A stretch of DNA of 55,879 nt, counting the filler, from Dugesia japonica (Eukaryota), in the NCBI GenBank assembly GCA_001938525.1. It is 5 parts of 5 records of this genome, joined end to end, with 100 filler letters (N's around TTAATTAATTAA, not from the genome) between each part and the next. Parts side by side here need not be neighbours in the genome. Positions count along the whole stretch, not along the records: positions 1 to 10,825 come from MQRL01530337.1; positions 10,926 to 19,021 come from MQRL01626783.1; 3 more parts are not named here. The stretch is one strand, 5' to 3'. A program made the position numbers and the translations under genes. Under the pieces are notes generated by a model. The model searched no databases and was not told the origin of the DNA. It worked only from the letters and a program-made list of their open reading frames with translations. Shown here one piece after another: positions 1 to 13,157 of this stretch (its first letter is position 1; each line of letters opens with the position of its first letter).

Positions 1-354
1 GAGAGACATTGAACGTGTATGAACAATTGAGATGAATACAATGTTGTATTTGATGATTATTTGACTATCACATAAATTAATAATGATCAACATAGTCTAC
101 TCATAAAATACGAGCCGGATAAAAATTGAAATCAAAGACGGAAAACAGCATAGTCCCGCTGAATCCGGGAAAAAGGAGGATCGTGTTACTAGAGAGAGTA
201 ACACAAATTTCTGTGGTTGCTGGGTATAATCCCCCAGACAGAAAAGATATTTGAAAAAAGAAATAGTGGAGATCGAGAGTGATAATGAAGATCAATATAA
301 ATGCAAACAACATCAAAAAGCCTAGCAACCNAACAGTATAAATTATACGTATAA

Positions 355-650
355 TACATCACGTCTCAGACGTTGTACTATTTAACTACTGTATTTTGAA
401 TATATGCTTCACTTTAAGAATGGCCATCAATTTGAATCATTTGATAAAGTCAAAGAGGCGTGCCAATTTGTCTTGTATTCAAAGAAGTGAGATTGTAACT
501 TTGAACAGATTCAGAAATTTGCAACCGATTGTAGAAGTTTGTGAATAATGATCACTTGCACTTTGAATAGTAGTTATTGTTTTGAAATTCAATAATATAA
601 TCTTTTTGAATTTTTTTGCAGATGTAACAGAACTTTTCGGAAAACCTAAC
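355..650 (+). mobile_element. Mariner transposon 3' remnant (transposase C-terminus and right TIR)
   Basis: Manual translation gives MLHFKNGHQFESFDKVKEACQFVLYSK...EQIQKFA...KFVNNDHLHFE*, matching the mariner C-terminal pattern; followed by a TIR-like AACTTTTCGGAAAACCTAA at about 630-648. Confidence 0.7.
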
Positions 651-669
651 ACAAAAGAAATTTCAAAAC

Positions 670-1700
670 TCTTTTAGCACAATCTATACAATGACTCAAG
701 ATGATCTGGATATGATAATTATCTATTTTTCAAAGAATTATTATACAAACTTTTATAATTACAATTAATGTGAGAATAATTGATGGACTTAACCATTGAT
801 CATATTTGAGATTTCATTAAAATAAAGAAAAAGCTTCGATCGAAGCTTTTTCTTTATTTTAATGATATTATACAAATATCCAAACAAAGTTAAGCAAATA
901 ATTCCTTACACTGTTGAAGTTTACATTTCATTCTAACTTGAAAATATTAAATTTTTAGATTCATCAAGAATGAGTCCATTTATATCGATTGATAAAATGA
1001 GTGAAATGTTACAACAATCTAGAAATTATCTAGTTTTATGATCCAAAAATCTTGAACCAAAGAAAGCATCATTTCCACATGATTATTTAAAAGGGAAAAA
1101 TANNNNNNNNNNNNNNNNNNNNNNNNNNNNNNNNNNNNNNNNNNNNNNNNNNNNNNNNNNNNNNNNNNNNNNNNNNNNNNGAATATCAGAAAATGATTAT
1201 ATATTTGTACAAAATTTACAACAATTTGGAAATATGGATGATTATATTTTACATTATTTGAAATTAGATGTTTTAAAATTAGCAAATTTCTTAGAAAACT
1301 TTAGGGAGACATGTTTAAATAATTATGAAATAGATCGAAGTTATTGTTATTCTGCACCAGGTTTAACTTGGAATGCATGAATGAGATTTACACAAATAAA
1401 ATTAAAATATGCACAGAAAAATACATATTACACATTAAAAAAATATAAAGATGTGTCAGAGGTGGGTATTCTAAAGTTTGTGGTGAAAGACAACATTTTA
1501 ACCATAATAACAATAATAATCCAAACTTTAAAAAATCAATAAAGCTCAAAAAGATGATTTATTAAATTTATTAAAATAAGGTAAAACAACTCATCAAGAA
1601 TATTTCAAAGATGCATTTATAAAATATTTAGATGAAAACTCATTATATGCTTCATGCATGACAAAACCTCTACCAACAGAGGAAAAATTAGAATCTATTG
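670..1700 (+). pseudogene. Polinton protein-primed DNA polymerase B fragment (group-2 type)
   Basis: Motifs in order: HNL..SGYDNYLFFKEL, KFLDSS, KASFPHDYL, YLKLDVLKLANFLENFRETCLNNYEID..YCYSAPGLTWNA, RGGYS, LDENSLYASCMTKPLPT. Contains stops and frameshifts and is truncated at about 1700. Confidence 0.9.
814..865. repeat. Perfect 52-bp palindrome, part of a small dispersed MITE-like repeat inserted in polB
   Basis: TCATTAAAATAAAGAAAAAGCTTCGA|TCGAAGCTTTTTCTTTATTTTAATGA; related sequence at about 48820-48998 and 41000-41030. Confidence 0.85.
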
Positions 1701-2109
1701 ATTTGACTTATATCTCAGTACCAAACCTTAATTTAATTTATTTTAATTTCTTGATTAAATTATGACTTCCAATTATCAAAAAAGAGATTTTTAAATAAAT
1801 AATTCACAATCAAAGCACAAAAATTTCAACTAGCTTCAAAACCACTCACAGTAAAGATTTCGACGAATAACTTTCATTCCATCATTTAATTCTAAATTAT
1901 AATTACTGAAAAACTTGCTTCTTCTGTTTTTTCATTCTCCAATCTCCAATCTTTAATGTACTGTTCTGATTTTCTGCTTTATTTTCTTCTGAAATCTGTT
2001 TACTCTTTTCTGTAATTCTTTCCCTTTGTTTTTTAAAGTTATTCTGAAAATTCATCTTGTCAATTTCTATATTTGCTGTCAAAATATCTGGTTTCAAATT
2101 CATATTATT

Positions 2110-2760
2110 TACAAATAAAATTTCGTAAGGTGAGACCTATAATTTTTATTATTTGATATAATACTTAGTTCAACAAAAGGAATTTCTTTAACACACGATC
2201 AGTTATGTGACTTACAGCATGCAAATTATTTGTTCTGGCTGTTCTAAATACACGTTCTAGAAGTCCATAACCCTGATGATAATATGGTGCTGAAAATGAT
2301 TGCTTTATTTGAAATTTATTACCAAATTCTTTTATTATTTCCGATTTAAATTATGTTCCGTAATAAGAACAAATTATCCTTGGAATCGCAAAGTGCTCTA
2401 TCCATCTTTCAATTAATATTTCTGTAACTGTCTTTGCAGAAATATCCTTCAAGGGAATAAACGCTATATATCCAGAAAAAACATCGATAATTACTAAAAT
2501 ATATAAATATTCCTCGGAATTTGGTAGCGGTATTGCAACATATCATTTCAAATGATTTTGTCGTTGTAAAAGAGCTTTTGATATTGCACCAAATTTTATT
2601 TGACTACTTTTTCTCAGCACATGGCGTACAATTTGCCACAAATTTTTTCGTATCTTTTTCCATGTTTATCCATTTATAATATCTCTTGATATTAGACAAA
2701 GTTTGTTTAGCGTTTGGATGGCCTAATTAACCATGAAAATATTTTAAATATCATTATTTT
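2110..2760 (-). pseudogene. Gypsy integrase (HHCC zinc finger and rve core)
   Basis: HG*LGHPNAKQT...YKWINMEKDTKKFVANCTPC; YILVIIDVFSGYIAFIPLKDISAKTV; SAPYYHQGYGLLER. Confidence 0.9.
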
Positions 2761-2889
2761 TCTTTTCATTATACTCTTTATGGATATCTTTTAATTTATT
2801 GATTTATAGATAACTATTATCATCTGAATCCCTCTTGTTGGACTTTGACGCTTTGAAATTTCGTCTAGTTTTTGGGTCGATATGTTTTA

Positions 2890-3260
2890 TTTCAGGCATC
2901 ATCTGTATCCGATACAAAAAAATTATTCCTATTTGAAAACGATAAAATTGGTGCGCTTGTGAGAACATATTTCAGACTTTCAAAATATTCCTTATGAAAT
3001 TCTCCCCATGTTAAATCTATTTTTATTCCATTTTTCGTGATGTTCCCATCTCTTTAAAAATCTTTTAGAGTTTTAACAATTTTAGCATATCCCGAAATAA
3101 ATGTCCTGTAATAATTGCAAAACCCTAAAAAACTTGATAATTCTTCATTTGTATTACTCAAAATTTTTATAGCAATAATTTTTCTGGATCAGTTGTCACT
3201 CCTTCGTTTGACGATATTTAACCCCAATATTTAACTGAAGTTTTCCAAAAAACGCATATC
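2890..3260 (-). pseudogene. Gypsy RT thumb/connection fragment; YxDD core and most of RNase H deleted
   Basis: CVFWKTSVKYWG*ISSNEGVTTDPEKI..LSSFLGFCNYYRTFISGYAKI..LTSAPILSF..DTDDA. Confidence 0.85.
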
Positions 3261-3950
3261 TTTAAATTCTGTTATTATATTTATTACTGTAATTTTCGCA
3301 TTTTTATCTAAATCAGCCGAACGTCTGTTCATAATTGTGTCCATTATACATTGGATATGTCCGGCATTTTGATATATTCTATAAATATTCCCAGTATTAT
3401 CTTTTGTATCATCTAGAATCTCAAGAAAACCTAATCCTGTATTTCTAAACATTTTAATATCATTATTTTGTAAGCTAATTATTTTTTCTGGATATTTACC
3501 AGTTCTTCTAACATAAGACACACTATTCGTGGCGACAAGCCCTTTATTCCTAAGCATATTTTTATGAGGACTTAATAAAACTTCTTTCAAACAAAAAGTA
3601 TTTCTATCTACACTCGCTAAAACAGTTACTTCTTTTCTCAAAATTTTAAGTGTATTGTTTAATATATCTATAACTACACACATTTTAATCTTCTTCACAC
3701 TTCTCGCACTATTTTCTGGACCCTCGGATACAGTGCCNTTTAGTTTTCCGTTAACTCTCTTATTTTGAATATAAAAGTTACTTTTATTTTATCTGCAGTT
3801 ACACAGTCTAATTTTGGTAAAATCAAAATGTTCATCTTTTTCATATATCTTAATCCTTTTATGACTTTTGGGAACAATTTATCTACAATAGTCATCCTGA
3901 TTCTATTAGTTTTATTTCCTAGTTACATTTATAAAAGAATATACAATTAC

Positions 3951-4160
3951 CTAAATCGGTGAGCTATTTGCACATGTTAACGCCTTGTTTGATTGAAACA
4001 ATTTGACTTTATCTTTTTCTCGGATCGTATGAAACCGTTTGAAATCCTTGATGCTGGACTCTGCTCCTGAATCTACAAAAATGTTCTTTACTTCTTGTTC
4101 TACTTTGCCTTTAATTATTGGTTTGTTTGCTGCGGGTTCGCTTCTGATATCTGATATCAT
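3951..4160 (-). pseudogene. Gypsy aspartic protease fragment
   Basis: ORF-track peptide contains IFVDSGAESSI. Confidence 0.85.
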
Positions 4161-4439
4161 TGTCTTTGTCCTTTATGGATTGGATATTTGTGTCTTGAAC
4201 CTCGAATATATTCATCCTAACTTAAAAATGTTATATGGGTAATTGATATTTCTTTTTGTTTTCTTTTGTCTTTCAGTTTTCCTTTCTTTTGAAACAATTT
4301 TGAAAAATTCATTATTATCTTCAGATTCCTTTTCATAATTACAACTGGCTTCATTATATTCAATATTCGAATTGTCATTTGTTTCTTCTAGTCTTTGAAA
4401 AGTTTCTTTCGGAATAATGAATCTTTTTGCTGCTTAACA

Positions 4440-5237
4440 AAATTGAGACATATGCCGGAATTTGTTACAGTTCCTACATAGTAATTGTTTCTTACAATTT
4501 CTAGCAATATGACCTTTCCCATTGTAATTATAACATTTTATTTCTTGTTAGATCTTTTGAACTGGATACTTTGAATAATGTTTCATGGTTTCTTTCCAAA
4601 TACTTTATACAATTTTAAAGCTCAATTATTTTAAGATCCGTTTTAAGATTTCCATTTCTTGCCATTTTCTGTGTTAACATCATTGCTAATAATTCGCAAT
4701 TTATCATTATATTAAGTTTTATCTTTCTTTTTTGAAATTAAAATCTTTTTCCAGAGTGTTTGCTTTCATAATTTAATGATTATTAACCCCTTTCAAAAAT
4801 ATTGATATAAAAGTTTTTTCTCTATCAAATTCATCATAATCTGACATTTCTCGAATTTCAGCAACTTTAATGACAGTTAGATACTGTCTAAGAGTCATAT
4901 CTTCCTTCTTTAAGGATGATATATTAATTATTGGAGTTACATGGGTTGAATTGATCTGATATAATTCAATTAATTTTGTCTTTAGCNATTTATAATTTGA
5001 TTTATTAGATTTAAACTTTGGAATTTATAAGAGTTCAAAAAATGCTTCTTCTTCTAAACTTTTCAATAACTTCTCTGAGCGTTGGGTTGGATCCCCGATT
5101 CTTTGTTCTTCGGCAAAATTTTCGAATTCGGTAATGTGAAATGAATATTTTCTCCAATTGTAAATTTCTTGAAAAATATCTTTTTTTCATTTAACCAGTC
5201 GATAAGTTCCTCAAGCAAACATGATGCCATGATCATG
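4440..5237 (-). pseudogene. Gypsy gag
   Basis: Starts just after the PBS; two zinc knuckles CYNYNGKGHIARNC...CRNCNKFRHMSQFC at about 4445-4535. Confidence 0.8.
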
Positions 5238-5243
5238 ACGCCA

Positions 5244-5381
5244 TGTTATTGATAAGCAATAAAGTAACTTGAAAAACTAAAATTTATTTAAAAACTACAC
5301 TAATTAATTAATATTACACTTTATTTTATTAAATTCTTTTTCTGAAAGAATTAAATGATCATTTGTCATTTATTTATTACA
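5244..5381 (-). repeat. Putative short (138 bp) 5' LTR
   Basis: Minus strand reads TGTAAT...ATAACA and is immediately followed by TGGCGTCATG (PBS); no partner LTR seen. Confidence 0.55.
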
Positions 5382-5383
5382 TT

Positions 5384-5848
5384 CTATTTTGTAGTTTTTA
5401 ATTTTTCAAATTCAGAATTAATTTTATCAACTTTTTCAGGATAACATTTACTAGATAAATTATTAATTTCCTTTTCCAATTCTATTATTTTATCATTAAT
5501 ACTCTTAACTTCTTTATTTTTCATATTTTCATTCAACTTGTTTATTTTAATTAAATCAGTCTTGGTTTTTATACATGATTTATTATTCTTGAATAATTTA
5601 TTGATAATTAGATCATGTTTTGTAATTTGTTTAGTAATTTGTTCTTTTATCATATTTAAATATTTTAAATTAACTACATCAAATTCATTTTTAGGATCAT
5701 GAATAATTTTCAAGTTGGTAAATGTATCTTCACATTCATTAACAAACCTTTTATCATTCTTTACAAATTCTAATTTAAATTTCACTTCAACATGATTTAA
5801 TATCTCTGTATTATTTACACTAATTAAAGTTTCACCACACAAGTTCAT
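5384..5848 (-). CDS. Polinton family A fibre/spike-like protein, N-terminal part
   Basis: Homologous to 22030-22254; carries the FV..(G)DT...L...DP....DVVNLKY motif typical of fibre-neck repeats, then a coiled coil. Confidence 0.55.
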   Translation of the reverse strand: MNLCGETLISVNNTEILNHVEVKFKLEFVKNDKRFVNECEDTFTNLKIIHDPKNEFDVVNLKYLNMIKEQITKQITKHDLIINKLFKNNKSCIKTKTDLIKINKLNENMKNKEVKSINDKIIELEKEINNLSSKCYPEKVDKINSEFEKLKTTK

Positions 5849-5849
5849 T

Positions 5850-6200
5850 TATTTTAACTAATTCATTAATAATTTCATCAAAATTTTATTTGGTAAAGAA
5901 TATAAAAAATATAAACATAATATTCCACAAAGTTTAGTTCAAAAAGGTTGAACTTGAATTTTATTATATACTTTTATATATTTCTCAATATCTTTAAAAG
6001 GTTTTAATCAATATAATCAAAATAATAACCTTTGTGAAAAACAACCCAATCACTTCCTTTTTGATTAGTATTTTGATAATTATTTTTATTTTTAGTATAA
6101 AACATTTTAGGTAATTCATCTTTCATTAAAACCTCAATTTCCAAATTTAAAAAATCTGCAATAGAATATAAATCAAAATTAGTTGTAGTATTAAATCCAA
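5850..6200 (-). pseudogene. Polinton adenain-like cysteine protease, family A copy 1
   Basis: TTNFDLYSIADFL..MKDELP..NTNQKGSDWVVF..YYFD..YNKIQVQPF..LCGILCLYFL; homologous to 21577-22026. Confidence 0.85.
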
Positions 6201-6239
6201 AGGTTTTGGGAAAATCTTATATCGTGTCGTTTATACTGT

Positions 6240-6410
6240 AAGATATTTTCTTTAATCAACTATTAAAGAAATAGTTTGTCCATTAAAATCTATTGAATTA
6301 TAGTTTTCATCTATAACACTAAATTTTAAAGAATCAATACACCGATAATTTAATCTTGAATAAATAGGAGAAGAAGTCTTTCTATAATTTTATTATTTTT
6401 TCTCACCCAT
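6240..6410 (-). pseudogene. Penton (minor capsid) C-terminal fragment, family A copy 1
   Basis: KIIEKTSSPIYSRLNYRCIDSLKFSVIDENYNSIDFNGQTISL aligns to 21211-21489. Confidence 0.8.
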
Positions 6411-6639
6411 AACTTCTGTTTCAAATTTAGGTATAATTGTGTCAGGTAAATTGTTTTTATTTAAATCAAGTGTAGAAAAGAATGGAATTCTATTTTCAAA
6501 AGGACTTTTAGTAAGTTTAGTAGGTTGTAAATTTTCAATAGTTTTAATAGGAGGTTGTTATTCGAAAGTTAGAGTATCTTGTAATGTTTTTGATTTAGTT
6601 ATATTACCAGTAAATAAAATATTATAATCTTCTTGAGGT

Positions 6640-7300
6640 TTAATTAAGTCTTTCAAAAGTTTTGAATTTGGTAAAGTATTTTTTAAATATTCATGTATAG
6701 CAGATAATTCATAAGATTTAAAAAAAACGTCCTGATCATTCTTTTTAGAGTCTTACTTATTTTCAAGTTCCATTTGGTTAAGATGTTCCTGTTTTTGTAA
6801 TTCTACTAATTCAGTTTCTTTTTGTTGTTTAATTATATCCTGAAATTGAGCTTGGGCTGATCTAGAATTACTTACAGTTGAAGCTACACCTGAAGCAATT
6901 CCAGCTGCACCTGATAATCCAGCTATTATTCCTGGAATTAATGCTAATAATGGAATTACTCCACCAGTGTGGTTGTTAATTGCTTCATTAACCTTTCTAC
7001 CTATCCAATTTTTTATATATTTGTTGGGGTTTTATCTAGGGAGGCTTGATCGGCCTAATAAAACCCCGCCAAGAATTTTATCTGGTGTCCCCAAAAATCC
7101 AGATCTTCAGAATGGAGCCGTTGACTCGGAATCCGAGTACAGACTCACATTCCTTTGGTTTGGGTTCATATTTCGTGATACACGCTTTAATTTCTTTTTC
7201 GTCAGATATGATTTCCCACTATCTATTTTCTTATTAGCCCTTACTTTATCGATTTTAACGTTGAGGAGTCGTTTTATAGTCTGCTTTGCACCGTCTAATT
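6640..7300 (-). pseudogene. Polinton pX-like core/membrane-active precursor, family A copy 1
   Basis: TGG followed by hydrophobic PLLALIPGIIAGLSGAAGIASGVASTVSNSR; paralogous to 13149-13756 and 19185-19720. Confidence 0.7.
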
Positions 7301-9034
7301 AAATCTGAATTAATTATAAATTTTCTGGTTAAGTATTAAATTATTTATTATAGAAACAAAGAAAACGAAATTTTTACCCGCAAAATTATATTAAACTGCT
7401 AACCTTACTGGTGGTACATTAACCTAACAATTAAAACAATCAATAACAATAACGCGGTCTGGATCCCGATTCGGAGCAAGCTCTCATGGTATTCATTTCC
7501 TCCATGGTTAATAATGACTCGAGAGGTCCTTCATAATGTCTCATGTTGAAATCAAGCCGGAAATCGTTGCATCATCAATTGAATCGCCTAAATAATCACC
7601 TTTTGTGTTAATTGAAAAATTCTCGTTTTATTTCCTTGATAAAAAGAGTGATTTTTGGTGAAAATTACATCGGTATTTATACCGGTTTCTCTTCACACCC
7701 TCGTTCTTTTCATTGGTTAATCGTCATTTTGGCTTTTCTACTGGTTAATTATTTCAATTTTGTCACATGATTCCTTTTTATTAGTTGATATTTTTAGATT
7801 ACAAAACCATTGTTCAATCTTCTAACCCTTATATCTTCTTCCATGGTCTTGCTATGATCTTTTAACTTAGATTTTCGAAATCTCCGATTTTTTCGAGACC
7901 ATAATTTTCTTATCTGCCAATTTTAACTCAAGCAGAAACCTTCATTTTTCTTATTTTTGACAAAATATTTATTTTCTGCTTCAAAATAAATCACTTTAAT
8001 TCATATTTATTTTATTTAAATAAATAAATAGTTTTATTTTATTTTCTTCATAAAATTTAATTACATGTTCATTTCTTTGTTTTTCTGATCTTAAATTAAT
8101 TTAAGTTCGTCGTTTTTTCTTTCATTAATTATTTTAATAAGTTCCTTTAATTTCTTTTCTCATTCTTCAATTATTAGTTCAATATGATTTTCTTAATTTT
8201 GTCGAATGAACTAATTGTTATTCGTGATTTTCTTTATCTGGGTGATAGCTTCTATTTCTTCTTTTCTTCCTTTTGGCTATCTTAATTCTGAGTTGTTTCT
8301 TGTTGTAACTTTAGGGTTTGCTGGTTATTACGTTGAGTTTAATTATCAGCCTGGGTTTTTCTTTTATTTATTTATTTCCTTCAATGAATTGTGACTTTCG
8401 TTGTCTGGATTCTTTGTCTCCCCATTTGGTGACTATCTTTTTAATTCCGGCTTTACCTACCGCCAGTTTTATTTTCCATACCAAGTGTTTCACCCCAACA
8501 TATTTACATTTGTCTGAATTTACCCAAGTCAATTAATTCTTGTTTTGTTAATGAAGTAATTTTCTTAAGCAAAATTTTATTTTTATAAAATGGAAGAAAA
8601 AATTGAAGAAACAAATTATTAAATGTAAATAATATGATTACACAGATTCTTATGTTTATAAATTAATAAAATATTATTATTTATGTCTAAAATATCAAAT
8701 CTTATTTCACTGTACTTTACCTTGTCATCAAATTCGTAAACATTTAATTAAAATTAAAGAGATATTAGAAGACTTAAAAAACATAATAAAACACCAATTT
8801 TCGATGTATTAATTTTAAATGGTAAAGAAGAAGAATAAAAAAGTGGAGCATGTTCCACTATTTCTAAACTTTTAATTTAACCTTAAAAATTCAAACTCAT
8901 AGTTGCATAAACTCATCATGCATAAACTCTTAATAAAAAATCAAAACTTCTAAACTTGGGGAACTGTAGTTCCTGTAAATGAAGAAAATTAAAAAACTTA
9001 AAACATGAGGAACCGCGATTCCTCATTTTAATCA

Positions 9035-9420
9035 GGAATTGTTATTTTGGTCAATTTTTGGCTAGTTCGGATAAATTTGGTCAATCCTTTTCTCGGGAAT
9101 GGAAAGTAATTTTTGGATGATTCAGTAAAGTTATTCCTCGGGAATGGTTAATTTGGTTCATTTTTGAGCAATTCGGCTGAAACTTTCCTCGGGATTAGTC
9201 AATTTGGGTCAGTTTTGGACAATTTGGTCAATTATTTACTCGGTTTAGGTAATTTTGGTCAATTATTTACTCAATATGGACAAGTTTAGTTAATTATTTG
9301 ATCACAAGGGTATTTTATAAGTGAATTTGGTCAATTTCTTTCTCGGGAATGGTCAAGATTGGTAATTTTTGGGCGATTTGGTCCGTTATTTTCTCGGAAA
9401 GGTCAGTTTGGATGAATTTA
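9035..9420. repeat. Degenerate tandem array of about 44-bp units (CTCGGGAATGG...AATTTGGTCAA)
   Basis: Recurrent CTCGGGAAT and TTTGGTCAATT sub-motifs. Confidence 0.7.
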
Positions 9421-10231
9421 AGGAAATTCATGTAAAAAGTTGGATTTGTTTAAATTTTAAAGTTTTTAAAAACTATTTTATAGGAATCCGGGCAAAACCA
9501 TTCATGTTGTTTAAATAATATAAAAATTTAAAAATTTTAAATGAAATTTTTATGGGAATCCGGAACTTCTCAAATTTTTGAAAAATTATGTTTTATATCT
9601 CGAATTTCAAAGATTTTTATACCAAACTGCTGAGAATTTTACTGCGATTATTTTACACAAATAAAAATTTTCGAAAATATTTTCCTTCTCAAATAAGTTA
9701 AGAAAGTATCTTTTAAATAGAGAAATTTTTGTTGATTCCAAATATGTTAACCTAAAATCGTCAAATTTAATACTTTATGAAATAAATGGGGTTTTGTCAT
9801 GTAAAAATATCAAATTTTGAATTTTTATACTCAATTTTCTCTGCGTGCATAACTCGTATGGTTTCAAACTTGGTATCATTTTACTCAGTAGGAAAAAGTT
9901 ACTGTACAAAGTAAAAATATCGTCTCGTTAAAAATGCTTCCTAACGAATATGTACAACCGCCCACCTGGATTTGGTATCATTTTTCTAAAATATCAAAAG
10001 TAACTCAAAATTTATAATAAAATCATCTATTCGATAGGAAACTTTACGGTGAGTACGAAAAACATGGTTAAAAAACAACAAACCTTATACATAAAAAGTT
10101 ATATAGAAAAAACAAGTACTTTATTTTGAAGTCCCCGACGAACAGGAAATAGTTTAATAATTTACTCGATTCAGACTAATTTTGCATTGGTTTTCCCACA
10201 TCTCACTAGTACTCCGTTATCAAAGCTCTAA

Positions 10232-10330
10232 TCACAGTGTTCTGATTGCTATGCACTAGATTTCAATAATCTTATCGCTGCGCACTGGATTTCAGTGTTC
10301 TGATCACAGTGCACTGGATTACAGTCTTCA
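10232..10330. repeat. About 29-bp tandem repeat, 3 copies
   Basis: CAGTGTTCTGAT...GCACTGGATT units. Confidence 0.65.
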
Positions 10331-10825
10331 ATCATCTTACTGAATACTGGTCTTTTCTATTACTAACTGGTTTGAATCCACTATTTGCAGGTTTTTACTA
10401 GTAGTAAATGTGCTGTTTTATTAATATTTAATTATTTAACCTGTTCTAAATTTTCACTTGTAATTTTGATTAATTTAATTAATGTTTAATTTACGATAGG
10501 AATTTTTAACTAAGTATTGGTAATTTTGAAAGAATTTGTAATTATTTATAGAAAATATCTCCTATAATTGATTGAATAAATTAAGTATTATGAATTGATT
10601 AATTTTTAATGTGTAATTGAATTAAAACTATACTTTTATAAGTAAATGTTTATTAGTGTTTTGAAAATAAATTAGATTTCAATTATATATTTTTATGATT
10701 AAATTTAAAATTTTTTACGGTTAAATTAAAATTATAAAAGAAAATGTTTATTAATTGTGAGATGTGATTAATTATAATAATGATAACTAAATATTTTATG
10801 TTATGTAATTGTATGTTTGCATGTA

Positions 10826-10925
10826 NNNNNNNNNNNNNNNNNNNNNNNNNNNNNNNNNNNNNNNNNNNNTTAATTAATTAANNNNNNNNNNNNNNNNNNN
10901 NNNNNNNNNNNNNNNNNNNNNNNNN
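10826..10925. other. Artificial contig linker
   Basis: N44-TTAATTAATTAA-N44, with stops in all six frames. Confidence 0.95.
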
Positions 10926-13009
10926 ATTTATTATATAAGGAATTTCTTTAACTAATACTATTAGACAACCATTTAAAAAAGAAAAAATATATATTTCCTA
11001 TAGAGCTGATGGATATAGCATCAATGTTATTATTTAACAAATCATTTATTAATACAGTGAACGATGGAATATTATATGAGTAAGGACTATAATTATAATC
11101 TAACTAATGAATATTATTATTAATAAGAGATTGATTTGTAATTTTGGCTGAAAATTATGATTAAAAACTATAGTGAATTTTTGATCTGGTAGTAATTTAA
11201 ATAAATTTTGTCATTTCTCAAATTTGTGTCTTAATCTTTATGATTCGAATTTATAATAATCTTATAATATTTTGTTCACTTCAATAAAATGATTTAGTGG
11301 AAGCATAGTTGAAATAATTTTTATGGTTATAATGTAGGAATTATTAAAAACGTTTTTGAGAAACCAAATGAATTTGAATTAATGATTAAAATAAATTTAC
11401 TGCTTTCATCATTTAATTAAAATGTTACTTATAAATTAAAATATTAACTTATAAATTTTATATTACAAAATGAATTAAAACATACTTTTCATAAACCTTT
11501 TCATAGAGTTCGGATTCGCCATAGTCATAATGTTATTATCCGTACTTTTTAAACATTAACATTTTAAATCTTTAATAACTCGACACCAATACGTCAAATT
11601 GAAATACCAAGATAGTAGTTATGTTCATCAAGCTTTTACGAGTTCAAGAATTTCAAGTTTTTCATCATAGCATGTATGTACTTGATTTAATCTTGATTTT
11701 AAAAGTGATGATTTTAAGTGGTTTCATGCTGACAAGTCTCACTAAAAAAATTGAAAATAAAAAATATAAAAAAATTGTAAAAGAATCATTCGAAAAAAAT
11801 TTTCCCTGGGAGGAGGGGTTTCAGAGTGAAAGTGGTTTCATGCTGAAATATCTCACTACTAATGTGAAAAGGATCATCAAGTATTATGGTTGTAAGACCT
11901 TTTATTTTCTATGTTATTTGATGTTTTTTATTGTTGTTAATTAAATTTATTGAACAAAATTTTGCTTTTTTAACATAAAATTAAAGTAAGTTTTTTAAAA
12001 AATAATTAATGTCATTTAAAATAAAATTTTGTTGTTATATATCGACGGATCAACCGTCATCATCAGACAAAAAATGAGTTTATTTCAGTCTATATTATTT
12101 AAACAAAGATTCAAGCCATTATACTGAATATAATATGGTTATATTCATAATTCTTAATTTTTTAAAGTTTAACAATTTTTCAATAAAAAATTTATTTATA
12201 TTCTAATAAAATTATTCTATAATACTTTATTAAAATTGTTAGGCTTAAACAGCTCAGTTAGAAAATAATTTTGAATAAACTGAGGCAAATTAGAGATAAA
12301 GAAAAAAAAATGATTAAAAGTAGAAATTAAAAGAAAAGATATCAAAGAAATAAATACTAATAAAACATTAATGAATAATTAATGAATTAAATGGTAAATA
12401 ATAAAAAGAAATATTAATAAACGAACGTACAAATTGAAATCAATATTAGAAAATGAGAAGTGATATAAGAATTCCGAATAAAACGAATGTTTAGGCAAAG
12501 AATAAAGTTGTAATTAGAACAACGATGCCCTAAGAAATACTTATTAAAACAATAAATAATTGAAGGAAATGATTGTAAGAAATGTTAATTCAGCAATAAT
12601 AAGAAAAGCCGAAGTGATTAAAGTTGGAAGAATTAAAGATGAACAGATGGATAAATTAAAATAACAATTAAAGAATAAATTAAAGGCGAACAATTTGGTA
12701 AATTAAAATAATAATGGAAGAATCAACTAAATAGAAGATGAATGAACTGCTGAAATAAAATATCAAAGAAAAGTGAATAAATCTCAATTCTGTGAATATA
12801 TATTAATGCTCAAGAAAATAATGATAATCGAATTAAAGCTCAGAAACCGCAACTATAAAAAATCAGAAATAGAAAGGGCTCGACTTGAATAATTAGTGAT
12901 CAATTTGAAGATCGAAAGAAATGTCGAATATTTATTATTATTTACAATTTATATGATTGTTATATAAGTAGAGTTATAAAGAAATTATTATTATAATATA
13001 AAAAAAGAT

Positions 13010-13157
13010 TTTCATAGTAGGTTGTTGTTGAATAGTTAAAATATCTTTTAAAGTTCTTGATTCAATTACTCTTGTAGTAAATAAATTATCATAATCATCT
13101 TGAGCTTTAATTAATTCTTTCTAAAGTTTTATTCTTTCTGTTATTTGTTCAGTGTCC
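13010..13157 (-). pseudogene. Family A conserved ORF, N-terminus (homolog of ORF at 19747)
   Basis: MDTEQITERIK..ELIKAQDDYDN..VIESR versus MNTKEVENRIKELKALIKGQEKYND..VIESR. Confidence 0.7.

Larger units (their letters stand above)
1700..5381 (-). mobile_element. Ty3/gypsy LTR retrotransposon, internally deleted, 3' LTR not found
   Basis: Minus-strand order: gag with CCHC knuckles, protease (VDSGA), RT C-terminal part, integrase; PBS TGGCGTCA next to a putative 5' LTR. Confidence 0.9.

Noticed and set aside
670-7300. One Polinton cleanly split by the gypsy element
   Set aside because: No 3' LTR or TSD; the two flanks are different genes on opposite strands.
10826-10925. TTAATTAATTAA palindromes (also at 19022, 28545, 40434) as biological sites
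   Set aside because: Always centred in an exact 100-bp N block; assembly linker.
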